The notes: generated by a model not told the origin, from the sequence alone. A stretch of 64,000 nucleotides of DNA from Macrostomum lignano (GCA_002269645.1 NIVC01000583.1:372001-436000), one strand, 5' to 3'. Shown: positions 47,651 through 61,371, counted from the stretch's first letter. Made by a program: numbers and translations.

Positions 47651-48274
47651 GATCTACACTGTATTTCCTCTAGCTATTTTATTTCAAATTTCCCTATCAG
47701 AATCGTATTAATTTTAATCCGCTTCGCAAACTCAGCGCATATGGTCGAGTAATGACATAATTTATGAGGCACCGGCACGAGCTTCAGCTACAAAGCTAAT
47801 TGTAAGTTCGCGGCGCTCTGCCAGGCCAAACAGTGTATCAACCCCTTATACAGTTAATATTGAATAGTCAGTAAATTAGAAAATAATTTTGTCGATAAAA
47901 GGTGTTGACGGTCATGTCATGGTGATATGAGAAAAATATGTCGGACAGTGTAACGCTGCGATGGTCTGTAACGACCCTAAGACGTTTTTTGACCCCAACC
48001 ATAAATCTAGCGCGTTTTTTATCGGGCAATTCGTACTGCAGACTCATTACTTTGATCAATACATTAAGTAAAGTTTCAAAAATCGGTTTCGCTCCTAATT
48101 CATTAACTGTAAAATCGTATATGCGCTACTATGTGCCAATATTGATTTGTTGCCTCTGTGCAAATAGTTTTCTTTGCGTACAGCTAATTTGAAATTTGCA
48201 TTAACTGCAATCTACTGAAGACCAGCTCAATTTCCTAATTAGTGCAATAAAATCATCCCAGGCAAACACTTCGA

Positions 48275-48800
48275 GATTCTCCCCAAGGAAATCCCTTAAG
48301 ATTCTCCCCAAGGAAATCCCTTAAGATTCTCCCCAAGGAAGTCCCTTGAGAATTTCCCTAAGGAAACCCCTTGAGAATCTCTCCAAGGAAACGCCTTAGG
48401 AATCTCCCCAAGGAAACCCCTTGAGAATCTCCCCAAGGAAACCCCTTGAGAATCTTCCCAGGGAAACCCCTTGAGTATCTCCCCAAGGAAACCCCTTGAG
48501 AATCTTCCCAGGGAAACCCCTTAAGAATCTCTCCAAGGAAACCCCTTAGGAATCTCCCCAAAGAAACCCCTTAGGAATCTCCCCAAGGAAACCTCTTAGG
48601 AATCTCCCCAAGGAAGCCCCTTGAGAATCTCCTCAAGGAAACCCCTTGAGAATCTCCCCAAGGAAACCTCTTAAGAATCTTCCCAGGGAAACCCCTTAAG
48701 AATCTTCCCAGGGAAACCCCTTAAGAATCTCCCCCAAGGAAACCCATTGAAAATCTTCCTAGGGAAACCCCTTAAGAATCTCCCCCAAAGAAACCCTCAA
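48275..48800. repeat. 25-bp intronic minisatellite (GAGAATCTCCCCAAGGAAACCCCTT)
   Basis: Period 25 counted. Confidence 0.93.
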
Positions 48801-48844
48801 ACTGGTTATTAAAACAGCTCTTACAAAAACTTCCGCGCCCTCAG

Positions 48845-49087
48845 TTCGAGAAGGACGACAAAGAGTGGATTCTGGCAGCCAGCGCGGCGGACATCAACGC
48901 AATGCGCAAGATGCTGGCCACCGTTGGCGGATCAACCGGCAGCGGCGGCAACTCCTGCAAGCGGATGGTGAATTATCGATTCCCGTTCAATGGCTTCACG
49001 GCGTTGCACTTTGCCGCTAAACTCGACAATACGAGGTGCTGCCAGTTCCTGCTGAAAAACGGGGCCGATCCAGATGCCAAGACTTAT
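48845..49087 (+). CDS. SOWAH-like ankyrin gene, exon B (FEKDDKEWILAAS...GFTALHFAAKLDNTRCCQFLLKNGADPDAKTY)
   Basis: Canonical ankyrin TALH motif; CAG acceptor at 48844, GTGAGC donor at 49088. Confidence 0.9.
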
Positions 49088-49119
49088 GTGAGCTCATTGG
49101 TTATCTGGTCTGCTCTGCA

Positions 49120-51945
49120 TATCCCCTCTCGTGTCTGTTATACCCCCTCTACTGTCTGTTCTATCCCCTCTCGTATCTATTCTATCCCCCTCGTGTTTAT
49201 TCTATTCCCTCTAGTGTCTATTCTATTCCCCTCGTGTCTATTATATTCCCCCTCGTGTCTATTCTATTCCCTCTAGTGTCGATTCTATTCCCTCTAGTGT
49301 CTATTCTATTCCCTCTAGTGTCTATTCTATTCCCTCTAGTGTCTTTTCTATCCCCTCTCGTATCTATTCTACCCCCCTCGTGTCTATTCTATTCCCTCTA
49401 GTGTCTATTCTATCCCCTCTCGTATCTATTCTATCCCCTCTCGTATCGATTCTATCCCCCTCGTGTCTATTCTATTCCCTCTAGTGTCTATTCTATTCCC
49501 TCTTGTATCTATTCTATCCCTCTCGTATCTATTCTATACCCCTCGTGTCTATTATATCCCCTCTAGTGTCTATTCTATTCCCTCTAGTGTCTATTCTATC
49601 CCCTCTCGTGTCTATTCTATACCCCTCGTGTCTATTCTATCCCCTCGTGTCTATTCTATTCCCTCTAGTGTCTATTCTATTCCCTCTACTAGTGTCTATT
49701 CTATCCCGTCTCGTGTCTATTCTATCCCCCTCGTGTCTATTCTATTCCCATTCTATTCCCTCTCGTGTCTATTCTATCTCCTCTCGTATCTATTCTACGA
49801 GTATCCCCCTCGTGTCTATTCTATTCCCTCTAGTGTCTATTCTATCCCCTCGTGTCTATTCTATCCCCTCTCGTATCGATTCTATCCCCCTCGTGTCTAT
49901 TCTATTCCCTCTAGTGTCTATTCTATTCCCTCTTGTATCTATTCTATCCCTCTCGTATCTATTCTATACCCCTCGTGTCTATTATATCCCCTCTAGTGTC
50001 TATTCTATTCCCTCTAGTGTCTATTCTATCCCCTCTCGTGTCTATTCTATACCCCTCGTGTCTATTCTATCCCCTCGTGTCTATTATATCCCCTCTCGTA
50101 TCTATTCTATCCCCCTCGTGTCTATTATATCCCCTCTAGTGTCTATTCTATCCCCTCTAGTGTCTATTCTATCCCCTCTAGTGTCTATTCTATCCCCTCT
50201 CGTATCTATTATATCCCCCTCGTGTCTATTCTATTCCCTCTAGTGTCTATTCTATCCCCTCTCGTGTCTATTCTATACCCCTCGTGTCTATTCTATTCCC
50301 TCTAGTGTCTATTCTATTCCCCTCGTGTCTATTATATTCCCCCCTCGTGTCTATTCTATTCCCTCTAGTGTCGATTCTATTCCCTCTAGTGTCTATTCTA
50401 TTCCCTCTAGTGTCTATTCTATTCCCTCTAGTGTCTTTTCTATCCCCTCTCGTATCTATTCTACCCCCTCGTGTCTATTCTATTCCCTCTAGTGTCTATT
50501 CTATCCCCTCTCGTATCTATTCTATCCCCTCTCGTATCGATTCTATCCCCCTCGTGTCTATTCTATTCCCTCTAGTGTCTATTCTATTCCCTCTTGTATC
50601 TATTCTATCCCTCTCGTATCTATTCTATACCCCTCGTGTCTATTATATCCCCTCTAGTGTCTATTCTATTCCCTCTAGTGTCTATTCTATCCCCTCTCGT
50701 GTCTATTCTATACCCCTCGTGTCTATTCTATCCCCTCGTGTCTATTCTATTCCCTCTAGTGTCTATTCTATTCCCTCTACTAGTGTCTATTCTATCCCGT
50801 CTCGTGTCTATTCTATCCCCCTCGTGTCTATTCTATTCCCATTCTATTCCCTCTCGTGTCTATTCTATCTCCTCTCGTATCTATTCTACGAGTATCCCCC
50901 CTCGTGTCTATTCTATCCCCTCGTGTCTATTCTATCCCCTCTCGTGTCTATTCTATCCCCTCTCGTATCGATTCTATCCCCCTCGTGTCTATTCTATTCC
51001 CTCTAGTGTCTATTCTATTCCCTCTTGTATCTATTCTATCCCTCTCGTATCTATTCTATACCCCTCGTGTCTATTATATCCCCTCTAGTGTCTATTCTAT
51101 TCCCTCTAGTGTCTATTCTATCCCCTCTCGTGTCTATTCTATACCCCTCGTGTCTATTCTATCCCCTCGTGTCTATTATATCCCCTCTCGTATCTATTCT
51201 ATCCCCCTCGTGTCTATTATATCCCCTCTAGTGTCTATTCTATCCCCTCTCGTATCTATTATATCCCCCTCGTGTCTATTCTATTCCCTCTAGTGTCTAT
51301 TCTATCCCCTCTCGTGTCTATTCTATACCCTTCGTGTCTATTCTATCCCCTCGTGTCTATTATATCCCCTCTAGTGTCTATTCTATTCCCTCTAGTGTCT
51401 ATTCTATTCCCTCTTGTATCTATTCTATCCCTCTCGTATCTATTCTATACCCCTCGTGTCTATTATATCCCCTCTAGTGTCTATTCTATTCCCTCTAGTG
51501 TCTATTCTATCCCCTCTCGTGTCTATTCTATACCCCTCGTGTCTATTCTATCCCCTCGTGTCTATTATATCCCCTCTCGTATCTATTCTATCCCCCTCGT
51601 GTCTATTATATCCCCTCTAGTGTCTATTCTATCCCCTCTAGTGTCTATTCTACCCCCCTCGTGTCTATTCTATTCCCTCTAGTGTCTATTCTATCCCCTC
51701 TCGTGTCTATTCTATCCCCTCGTGTCTATTATATCCCCTCTCGTATCTATTCTATCCCCCTCGTGTCTATTATATCCCCTCTAGTGTCTATTCTATCCCC
51801 TCTAGTGTCTATTCTACCCCCTCGTGTCTATTCTATTCCCTCTAGTGTCTATTCTATCCCCTCTCGTGTCTATTCTATACCCCTCGTGTCTATTCTATCC
51901 CCTCGTGTCTATTATATCCCCTCTAGTGTCTATTCTTTCCTCTCT
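49120..51945. repeat. Intronic minisatellite of about 21 bp (CTCGTGTCTATTCTATCCCCT), 2.8 kb, with 1,091-bp higher-order duplication
   Basis: Unit read directly; the marker CTACGAGTATCCCC occurs at about 49796 and 50887. Confidence 0.95.
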
Positions 51946-52008
51946 GTTCTTTATTTCTATCCTTTACTCGTCAATTCTGCATCTATCCACATTTATGCCC
52001 CTCTTCAG

Positions 52009-52084
52009 GCGGGCCAGACGCCTCTGCACTTGGCCTATTTACAAGAATGTCGGAAAGCTGTGGAACTTCTGCTAAAGCAGCCAT
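52009..52084 (+). CDS. SOWAH-like ankyrin gene, exon C (AGQTPLHLAYLQECRKAVELLLKQP)
   Basis: TPLH ankyrin motif; TTCAG acceptor, GTAAGT donor (phase 1). Confidence 0.9.
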
Positions 52085-52119
52085 GTAAGTTAATTTAAAG
52101 TTTTGCATGGGGAGAATGG

Positions 52120-52460
52120 AGACACTGAGATAGATGGGAGGTAGACAGTGGGGAGATGGGAGGTAGACAGTGAGAAGATGGGAGGTAGAAAGTGAGGAGA
52201 TTGAAGGTAGACAGTGAGGAGATGGGAGGTAGACAGTGAGATGGGAGGTAGACAGTGAGGAGATGAGAGGTAGACAGTGAGGAGATTGAAGGTAGACAGT
52301 GAGGAGATGGGAGGTAGACAGTGGGGAGATAGGAGGTAGACAGTGAGGAGATGGGAGCTAGACAGTGTGGAGATGGGAGGTAGACAGGAGATGATGAGAG
52401 GTAGACAGTGAGGAGATGGGAGGTAGACAGTGAGGAGATGGGAGGTAGACAGTGATTGGG
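52120..52460. repeat. 22-bp intronic minisatellite (GAGGAGATGGGAGGTAGACAGT)
   Basis: Period 22 counted. Confidence 0.9.
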
Positions 52461-52586
52461 GTTGAGAGATAGGCAGGTTAAGGATAAATTAGAAGTACCG
52501 TAGATAGGGATAAGCAGTGTGAGAGGATATAGGAGTCGGGATTTCCGTGATGGCAGCTCAACGCCCCTCCCCCTCTTCCCTGCCAG

Positions 52587-53146
52587 GCCGAGCGTCGCAC
52601 ACGCCTGACTACTCCGGCAAGCTCCCGCACGAGCTGACCCGCAATCGCGAGGCATTCTCGGACATTCTGTGTAAGCTACCGCCCGCCCCAGGCAGCGGAG
52701 GCTCCCAGTCCCAATGCCTGCTGCTCGACCCCTCCCTGGCCGCCTCCCTCGCCGCCGCCTCCGCCGCCGCCTCCTCGTTGACTGCGGCCAATCGTCGGGG
52801 TAGCTTAGTGTCCAGTTTTGGCGGCGGCGGCGGCGGCGGCGGCAACGGGCCACAGCGGTGGCTGTCGCAGGCCAATCAGCTGATCTATCAGTCCATGCGC
52901 CGGCGGCAGTCTAACTTTAACCAAGCCGCCAGCCTTTCCAGTCATAAGAATCATGGCAATTCGAATAATGTTGGCAGCGCATTGAGCATTGTTCACCTCA
53001 CTGGTATTAGCGAGTCGGCTTCTGTGCAGCCGGACTCCGCTACTGGAGTTGCTGGCTTTGATGCCGAACAGCAGCTGCCCTCCAGGCTGATGCTGCGCCG
53101 CCACAGCTGCTCAGAGTTGTGCACGGAGCATTCTCATGAGCAGTAG
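52587..53146 (+). CDS. SOWAH-like ankyrin gene, terminal exon D (CRASHTPDYSGKLPHEL...*)
   Basis: The phase-1 acceptor CCAG at 52586 restores the frame. The DYSGK.P motif after the ankyrin repeats resembles the SOWAH family (from recalled family motifs). Confidence 0.8.
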
Positions 53147-53329
53147 CTTTAGCTCCGGGTTAGAGATTCGATGAGCAGATATATGGATTGTGAGAATAGA
53201 TACATAAATTGAGAGAATAGAAAGATAAACTGGAAGAATAGATGGACTGAGAAAATTGAGAGATAAACTGAGGGAAAGGATATTGAGAGAATAGATAAAT
53301 AAACTGAAAAAAAATAGATATAAACTGGG

Positions 53330-55200
53330 AGAATAGAGAGATAAACTGGGAGAATAGAGAGATAAACTGGGAGAATAGAGAGATAAACTGGGAGAATAGA
53401 GAGATAAACTGGGAGAATAGAGAGATAAACTGGGAGAATAGAGATAAACTGGGAGAATAGAGAGATAAACTGGGAGAATAGAGAGATAAACTGGGAGAAT
53501 AGAGAGATAAACTGGGAGAATAGAGAGATAAACTGGGAGAATAGAGAGATAAACTGGGAGAATAGAGAGATAAACTGGGAGAATAGAGATAAACTGGGAG
53601 AATAGAGAGATAAACTGGGAGAATAGAGAGATAAACTGGGAGAATAGAGAGATAAACTGGGAGAATAGAGAGATAAACTGGGAGAATAGAGAGATAAACT
53701 GGGAGAATAGAGATAAACTGGGAGAATACGGAGATAAACTGGGAGAATAGAGAGATAAACTGGGAGAATACGGAGATAAACTGGGAGAATAGAGAGATAA
53801 ACTGGGAGAATACGGAGATAAACTGGGAGAATAGAGAGATAAACTGGGAGAATAGAGAGATAAACTGGGAGAATAGAGAGATAAACTGGGAGAATAGAGA
53901 GATAAACTGGGAGAATACGGAGATAAACTGGGAGAATAGAGATAAACTGGGAGAATACGGAGATAAACTGGGAGAATAGAGAGATAAACTGGGAGAATAG
54001 GGATATAAACTGGGAGAATACGGAGATAAACTGGGAGAATAGAGAGATATACTGGGAGAATAGAGATAAACTGGGAGAATGCGGAGATAAACTGGGAGAA
54101 TAGAGAGATAAACTGGGAGAATAGAGATAAACTGGGAGAATACGGAGATAAACTGGGAGAATAGAGATAAACTGGGAGAATACGGAGATAAACTGGGAGA
54201 ATAGAGAGATAAACTGGGAGAATAGGGAGATAAACTGGGAGAATACGGAGATAAACGGAGAATAGAGAGATAAACTGGGAGAATAGAGATAAACTGGGAG
54301 AATACGGAGATAAACTGGGAGAATAGAGAGATAAACTGGGAGAATAGGGAGATAAACTGGGAGAATAGAGAGATAAACTGGGAGAATAGAGAGATAAACT
54401 GGGAGAATAGAGATAAACTGGGAGAATACGGAGATAAACTGGGAGAATAGAGATAAACTGGGAGAATAGAGAGATAAACTGGGAGAATAGAGATAAACTG
54501 GGAGAATACGGAGATAAACTGGGAGAATAGAGATAAACTGGGAGAATACGGAGATAAACTGGGAGAATAGAGAGATAAACTGGGAGAATAGAGATAAACT
54601 GGGAGAATACGGAGATAAACTGGGAGAATAGAGAGATAAACTGGGAGAATACGGAGATAAACTGGGAGAATAGAGAGATAAACTGGGAGAATAGGGAGAT
54701 AAACTGGGAGAATACGGAGATAAACTGGGAGAATAGAGAGATAAACTGGGAGAATAGAGATAAACTGGGAGAATACGGAGATAAACTGGGAGAATAGAGA
54801 TAAACTGGGAGAATACGGAGATAAACTGGGAGAATAGAGAGATAAACTGGGAGAATAGGGAGATAAACTGGGAGAATACGGAGATAAACTGGGAGAATAC
54901 GGAGATAAACTGGGAGAATAGAGAGATAAACTGGGAGAATATGGAGATAAACTGGGAGAATACGGAGATAAACTGGGAGAATAGAGAGATAAACTGGGAG
55001 AATAGGGAGATAAACTGGGAGAATACGGAGATAAACTGGGAGAATACGGAGATAAACTGGGAGAATAGAGAGATAAACTGGGAGAATATGGAGATAAACT
55101 GGGAGAATACGGAGATAAACTGGGAGAATAGAGAGATAAACTGGGAGAATATGGAGATAAACTGGGAGAATACGGAGATAAACTGGGAGAATAGAGAAAT
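53330..55200. repeat. 21-bp (19-bp variant) minisatellite (ATAAACTGGGAGAATAGAGAG / ...TACGGAG)
   Basis: Period 21 counted. Confidence 0.95.
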
Positions 55201-55874
55201 TAAGAGAATAGAGAAGAACTGAAAGAACATATAAATAACTGAAGGAAAGGAGAGAGATAACCTGAGAATAGAGAATAGCGAAGGCACAGTGAACTGGATC
55301 ATTTTAAAGCTTATCTAGTCAACTCATAATGCACAATATTTTATGTATAATTTTTCATCTGCCTACTGGTAACTTATAACTGTGAAAAGCTACTTTTATT
55401 TTTCATTATAGTGAATTTTTGTAAAATCAAATCGACCAAAAAATCTCAACTGTTTTAAATCGCTAGTTAAAATTTGTTTTAACCGTTTCAATCTCTTATC
55501 TGATTCCCAAATCTTCCCAACTGCGCCAATTATTACCCAACAACAACTATTCGGAAATCTGGGATCTGGAAAAACACACGTTGACAAAGTAACCACTAAG
55601 CAGGTAAAATCTTACTTAAATAGCTCGTATTACTACACACCTATCAATTTCCTTTGTTTCTTTATTAGCCTTTGTCACGTCTGTTTGGATTGCGGCTTTG
55701 AGTGTACTTGCAGCAGATCTTCTGCTGTTGTCCTGCATTTTGTTGTGCACTCCCGCCTGCTTATGGCACCAGGGTTTTCACGTATCCGCTCTAGTTTTTT
55801 GAAAACTTAAGTAGTTTTCTTTTTATCTTACTGAGGGACATTTCATGTGAGTTATTGCACTACTACCTTAAGGC

Positions 55875-58800
55875 TACTGCTTAGATTACGGTGAGCTTTT
55901 GAGGCTACAGGTTAGATTAGAGAGAGATTTTAAGGCTACAGGTTAGATCAGGGTGAGATTTTAAGGCTACAGGTTAGATCAGGGTGAGATTTTAAGGCTA
56001 CAGGTTAGATCAGGGTGAGATTTTAAGGCTACAGGTTAGATTAGAGAGAGATTTTAAGGCTACAGGTTAGATCAGGGTGAGATTTTAAGGCTACAGGTTA
56101 GATTAGAGAGAGATTTTAAGGCTACAGGTTAGATCAGGGTGAGATTTTAAGGCTACAGGTTAGATTAGAGAGAGATTTTAAGGCTACAGGTTAGATCAGG
56201 GTGAGATTTTAAGGCTACAGGTTAGATCAGGGTGAGATTTTAAGGCTACAGGTTAGATCAGGGTGAGATTTTAAGGCTACAGGTTAGATTAGAGAGAGAT
56301 TTTAAGGCTACAGGTTAGATCAGGGTGAGATTTTAAGGCTACAGGTTAGATTAGAGAGAGATTTTAAGGCTACAGGTTAGATCAGGGTGAGATTTTAAGG
56401 CTACAGGTTAGATCAGGGTGAGATTTTAAGGCTACAGGTTAGATCAGGGTGAGATTTTAAGGCTACAGGTTAGATTAGAGAGAGATTTTAAGGCTACAGG
56501 TTAGATCAGGGTGAGATTTTAAGGCTACAGGTTAGATTAGAGAGAGATTTTAAGGCTACAGGTTAGATCAGGGTGAGATTTTAAGGCTACAGGTTAGATT
56601 AGAGAGAGATTTTAAGGCTACAGGTTAGATCAGGGTGAGATTTTAAGGCTACAGGTTAGATCAGGGTGAGATTTTAAGGCTACAGGTTAGATCAGGGTGA
56701 GATTTTAAGGCTACAGGTTAGATTAGAGAGAGATTTTAAGGCTACAGGTTAGATCAGGGTGAGATTTTAAGGCTACAGGTTAGATCAGGGTGAGATTTTA
56801 AGGCTACAGGTTAGATCAGGGTGAGATTTTAAGGCTACAGGTTAGATCAGGGTGAGATTTTAAGGCTACAGGTTAGATTAGAGAGAGATTTTAAGGCTAC
56901 AGGTTAGATCAGGGTGAGATTTTAAGGCTACAGGTTAGATTAGAGAGAGATTTTAAGGCTACAGGTTAGATTAGAGAGAGATTTTAAGGCTACAGGTTAG
57001 ATCAGGGTGAGATTTTAAGGCTACAGGTTAGATTAGAGAGAGATTTTAAGGCTACAGGTTAGATCAGGGTGAGATTTTAAGGCTACAGGTTAGATTAGAG
57101 AGAGATTTTAAGGCTACAGGTTAGATCAGGGTGAGATTTTAAGGCTACAGGTTAGATTAGAGAGAGATTTTAAGGCTACAGGTTAGATCAGGGTGAGATT
57201 TTAAGGCTACAGGTTAGATTAGAGAGAGATTTTAAGGCTACAGGTTAGATCAGGGTGAGATTTTAAGGCTACAGGTTAGATCAGGGTGAGATTTTAAGGC
57301 TACAGGTTAGATCAGGGTGAGATTTTAAGGCTACAGGTTAGATTAGAGAGAGATTTTAAGGCTACGGGTTAGATCAGGGTGAGATTTAAAGGCTACAGGT
57401 TAGATCAGGGTGAGATTTTAAGGCTACAGGTTAGATCAGGGTGAGATTTTAAGGCTACAGGTTAGATTAGAGAGAGATTTTAAGGCTACAGGTTAGATCA
57501 GGGTGAGATTTAAAGGCTACAGGTTAGATCAGGGTGAGATTTTAAGGCTACAGGTTAGATCAGGGTGAGATTTTAAGGCTACAGGTTAGATCAGGGTGAG
57601 ATTTTAAGGCTACAGGTTAGATCAGGGTGAGATTTTAAGGCTACAGGTTAGATCAGGGTGAGATTTAAAGGCTACAGGTTAGATCAGGGTGAGATTTTAA
57701 GGCTACAGGTTAGAAAGATTGAGATTTTGAGGCTACAGGTTAGATCAGGGTGAGATTTTGATGCTACAGGTTAGGTTAGAGAGAGATTTTAAGGCTACAG
57801 GTTAGATCAGGGTGAGATTTTAAGGCTACAGGTTAGATTAGAGAGAGATTTTAAGGCTACAGGTTAGATCAGGGTGAGATTTTAAGGCTACAGGTTAGAT
57901 TAGAGAGAGATTTTAAGGCTACAGGTTAGATCAGGGTGAGATTTTAAGGCTACAGGTTAGATTAGAGAGAGATTTTAAGGCTACAGGTTAGATCAGGGTG
58001 AGATTTTAAGGCTACAGGTTAGATTAGAGAGAGATTTTAAGGCTACAGGTTAGATCAGGGTGAGATTTTAAGGCTACAGGTTAGATTAGAGAGAGATTTT
58101 AAGGCTACAGGTTAGATCAGGGTGAGATTTTAAGGCTACAGGTTAGATCAGGGTGAGATTTTAAGGCTACAGGTTAGATTAGAGAGAGATTTTAAGGCTA
58201 CAGGTTAGATCAGGGTGAGATTTTAAGGCTACAGGTTAGATTAGAGAGAGATTTTAAGGCTACAGGTTAGATTAGAGAGAGATTTTAAGGCTACAGGTTA
58301 GATCAGGGTGAGATTTTAAGGCTACAGGTTAGATTAGAGAGAGATTTTAAGGCTACAGGTTAGATCAGGGTGAGATTTTAAGGCTACAGGTTAGATTAGA
58401 GAGAGATTTTAAGGCTACAGGTTAGATCAGGGTGAGATTTTAAGGCTACAGGTTAGATTAGAGAGAGATTTTAAGGCTACAGGTTAGATCAGGGTGAGAT
58501 TTTAAGGCTACAGGTTAGATTAGAGAGAGATTTTAAGGCTACAGGTTAGATCAGGGTGAGATTTTAAGGCTACAGGTTAGATCAGGGTGAGATTTTAAGG
58601 CTACAGGTTAGATCAGGGTGAGATTTTAAGGCTACAGGTTAGATTAGAGAGAGATTTTAAGGCTACGGGTTAGATCAGGGTGAGATTTAAAGGCTACAGG
58701 TTAGATCAGGGTGAGATTTTAAGGCTACAGGTTAGATCAGGGTGAGATTTTAAGGCTACAGGTTAGATTAGAGAGAGATTTTAAGGCTACAGGTTAGATC

Positions 58801-59280
58801 AGGGTGAGATTTAAAGGCTACAGGTTAGATCAGGGTGAGATTTTAAGGCTACAGGTTAGATCAGGGTGAGATTTTAAGGCTACAGGTTAGATCAGGGTGA
58901 GATTTTAAGGCTACAGGTTAGATCAGGGTGAGATTTTAAGGCTACAGGTTAGATCAGGGTGAGATTTAAAGGCTACAGGTTAGATCAGGGTGAGATTTTA
59001 AGGCTACAGGTTAGAAAGATTGAGATTTTGAGGCTACAGGTTAGATCAGGGTGAGATTTTGATGCTACAGGTTAGGTTAGAGAGAGATTTTAAGGCTACA
59101 GGTTAGATCAGGGTGAGATTTTAAGGCTACAGGTTAGATTAGAGAGAGATTTTAAGGCTACAGGTTAGATCAGGGTGAGATTTTGAGGCTACAGGTTAGG
59201 TTAGGGTGAGATTTTAAGGCTACAGGTTAGATCAGGGTGAGATTTTGAGGCTACAGGTTAGGTTAGGGTGAGATTTTCGG
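55875..59280. repeat. 31-bp satellite, about 110 copies, two unit types (GAGATTTTAAGGCTACAGGTTAGA + TCAGGGT or TTAGAGA), with 1,301-bp higher-order duplication
   Basis: Period 31 counted; the rare variant TAGAAAGATTGAG occurs at 57714 and 59015. Confidence 0.96.
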
Positions 59281-59559
59281 GCAAAAGGTTTGTTGGGTGA
59301 GATATTTCAAGGCTGTTTCTTCAGTTAAGCTCACTGATACAAAGTTTTCTCTCCTTGGGGTGATTTATTAAATTTTATTCAAACCGTTAAGTACATCAGA
59401 CGGGGCACTCGCCGTTGTCGTAGTCTCAGTGACTTGGTGGTCAAATTCTACGTACTGCATGCCTTTCTCCCTCTGTGTAGCCTGTCGCTTCTGCATTTGG
59501 TGTTCGCTTGCTTATCATTTTTCCTCATATTGTATTAGCATTTTATGGGGAGGCTAGCG

Positions 59560-61130
59560 ACAGCCAGTTGAGGACATTAGGGGAGGGTAGCGACAGACAG
59601 CTGAGGACATTAGGGGAGGGTAGCGACAGCCAGTTGAGGACATTAGGGGAGGGTAGCGACAGACAGCTGAGGACATTAGGGGAGGGTAGCGACAGCCAGT
59701 TGAGGACATTAGGGGAGGGTAGTGACAGACAGCTGAGGACATTAGGGGAGGGTAGCGACAGACGGCTGAGGACATTAGGGGAGGGTAGCGACAGACGGCT
59801 GAGGACATTGGGGGAGGGTAGCGACAGACAGCTGAAGACATTAGGGGAGGGTAGTGACAGACAGCTGAGGACATTAGATGTTAGTGACAGCCAGTTGAGG
59901 ACTTTAGGGGAGGGTAGTGACAAACAGCTGAGGACATTGGGGGAGGGTAGCGACAGACGGCTGAGGACATTAGGGGAGGGTAGCGACAGACAGCTGAGGA
60001 CATTAGGGGAGGGTAGCGACAGACAGCTGAGGACATTAGGGGAGGGTAGCGACAGACAGCTGAGGACATTAGGGGAGGGTAGCGACAGACAGCTGAGGAC
60101 ATTAGGGGAGGGTAGCGACAGCCAGTTGAGGACATTAGGGGAGGGTAGCGACAGCCAGTTGAGGACATTAGGGGAGGGTAGCGACAGACAGCTGAGGACA
60201 TTAGGGGAGGGTAGCGACAGCCAGTTGAGGACATTAGGGGAGGGTAGCGACAGACAGCTGAGGACATTAGGGGAGGGTAGCGACAGCCAGTTGAGGACAT
60301 TAGGGGAGGGTAGTGACAGACAGCTGAGGACATTAGGGGAGGGTAGCGACAGACGGCTGAGGACATTAGGGGAGGGTAGCGACAGACGGCTGAGGACATT
60401 AGGGGAGGGTAGCGACAGACGGCTGAGGACATTGGGGGAGGGTAGCGACAGACAGCTGAAGACATTAGGGGAGGGTAGTGACAGACAGCTGAGGACATTA
60501 GATGTTAGTGACAGCCAGTTGAGGACTTTAGGGGAGGGTAGTGAAAAACAGCTGAGGACATTGGCGGAGGGTAGCGACAGACGGCTGAGGACATTAGGGG
60601 AGGGTAGCGACAGACAGCTGAGGACATTAGGGGAGGGTAGCGACAGACAGCTGAGGACATTAGGGGAGGGTAGCGACAGACAGCTGAGGACAGTAGGGGA
60701 GGGTAGCGACAGACAGCTGAGGACATTAGGGGAAGGTAGCGACAGACAGCTGAGGACATTAGGGGAGGGTAGCGACAGACAGCTGAGGACATTAGGGGAG
60801 GGTAGCGACAGACAGCTGAGGACATCAGGGGAAGGTAGCGACAGACAGCTGAGGACATCAGGGGAAGGTAGCGACAGACAGCTGAGGACATCAGGGGAAG
60901 GTAGCGACAGACAGTTGAGGACATTAGGGGAGGGTAGCGACAGACAGTTGAGGACATTAGGGGAGGGTAGCGACAGACAGCTGAGGACATTAGGGGAGGG
61001 TAGCGACAGACAGCTGAGGACATTAGGGGAGGGTAGCGACAGACAGCTGAGGACATTAGGGGAGGGTAGTGACAGCCAGTTGAGGACAATGGGGGAGGGT
61101 AGTGACAGACGGTTGAGGACATTGGGGGAC
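59560..61130. repeat. 33-bp minisatellite (GGACATTAGGGGAGGGTAGCGACAGACAGCTGA) with 624-bp higher-order duplication
   Basis: Period 33 counted; the deletion variant TTAGATGTTAGTG occurs at 59876 and 60500. Confidence 0.95.
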
Positions 61131-61371
61131 TGTGAGTCATGTTTCCCACTATCATATGGTCAACCCCCTGCTAAAATTTTCCTTAGTAAGAGCTTACTAA
61201 CCTGTACAGTATCGCGCTGTAATAGGTACTTTTACTCTGTGCACGTTGTACTATTTTGTGTTTAAACTTTTATCAAAGCTCATTTTCATTGCGGATAGTG
61301 TGTGTAACACATTGACTATTTCCTGCTCTGCTTCCCCATCTCTGCCAGCAGACAAAAGCACCGCACCGGCC

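Noticed and set aside
53149-55302. 717-aa minus-strand ORF
   Set aside because: It is the translation of the 21-bp minisatellite.
59190-59280. Telomeric array
   Set aside because: Only isolated TTAGGG hexamers within satellite units.
59508-61265. 585-aa ORF of 11-aa repeats (RTLGEGSDRQL)
   Set aside because: It is the stop-free translation of a 33-bp minisatellite, with a weak start codon and no unique domain.
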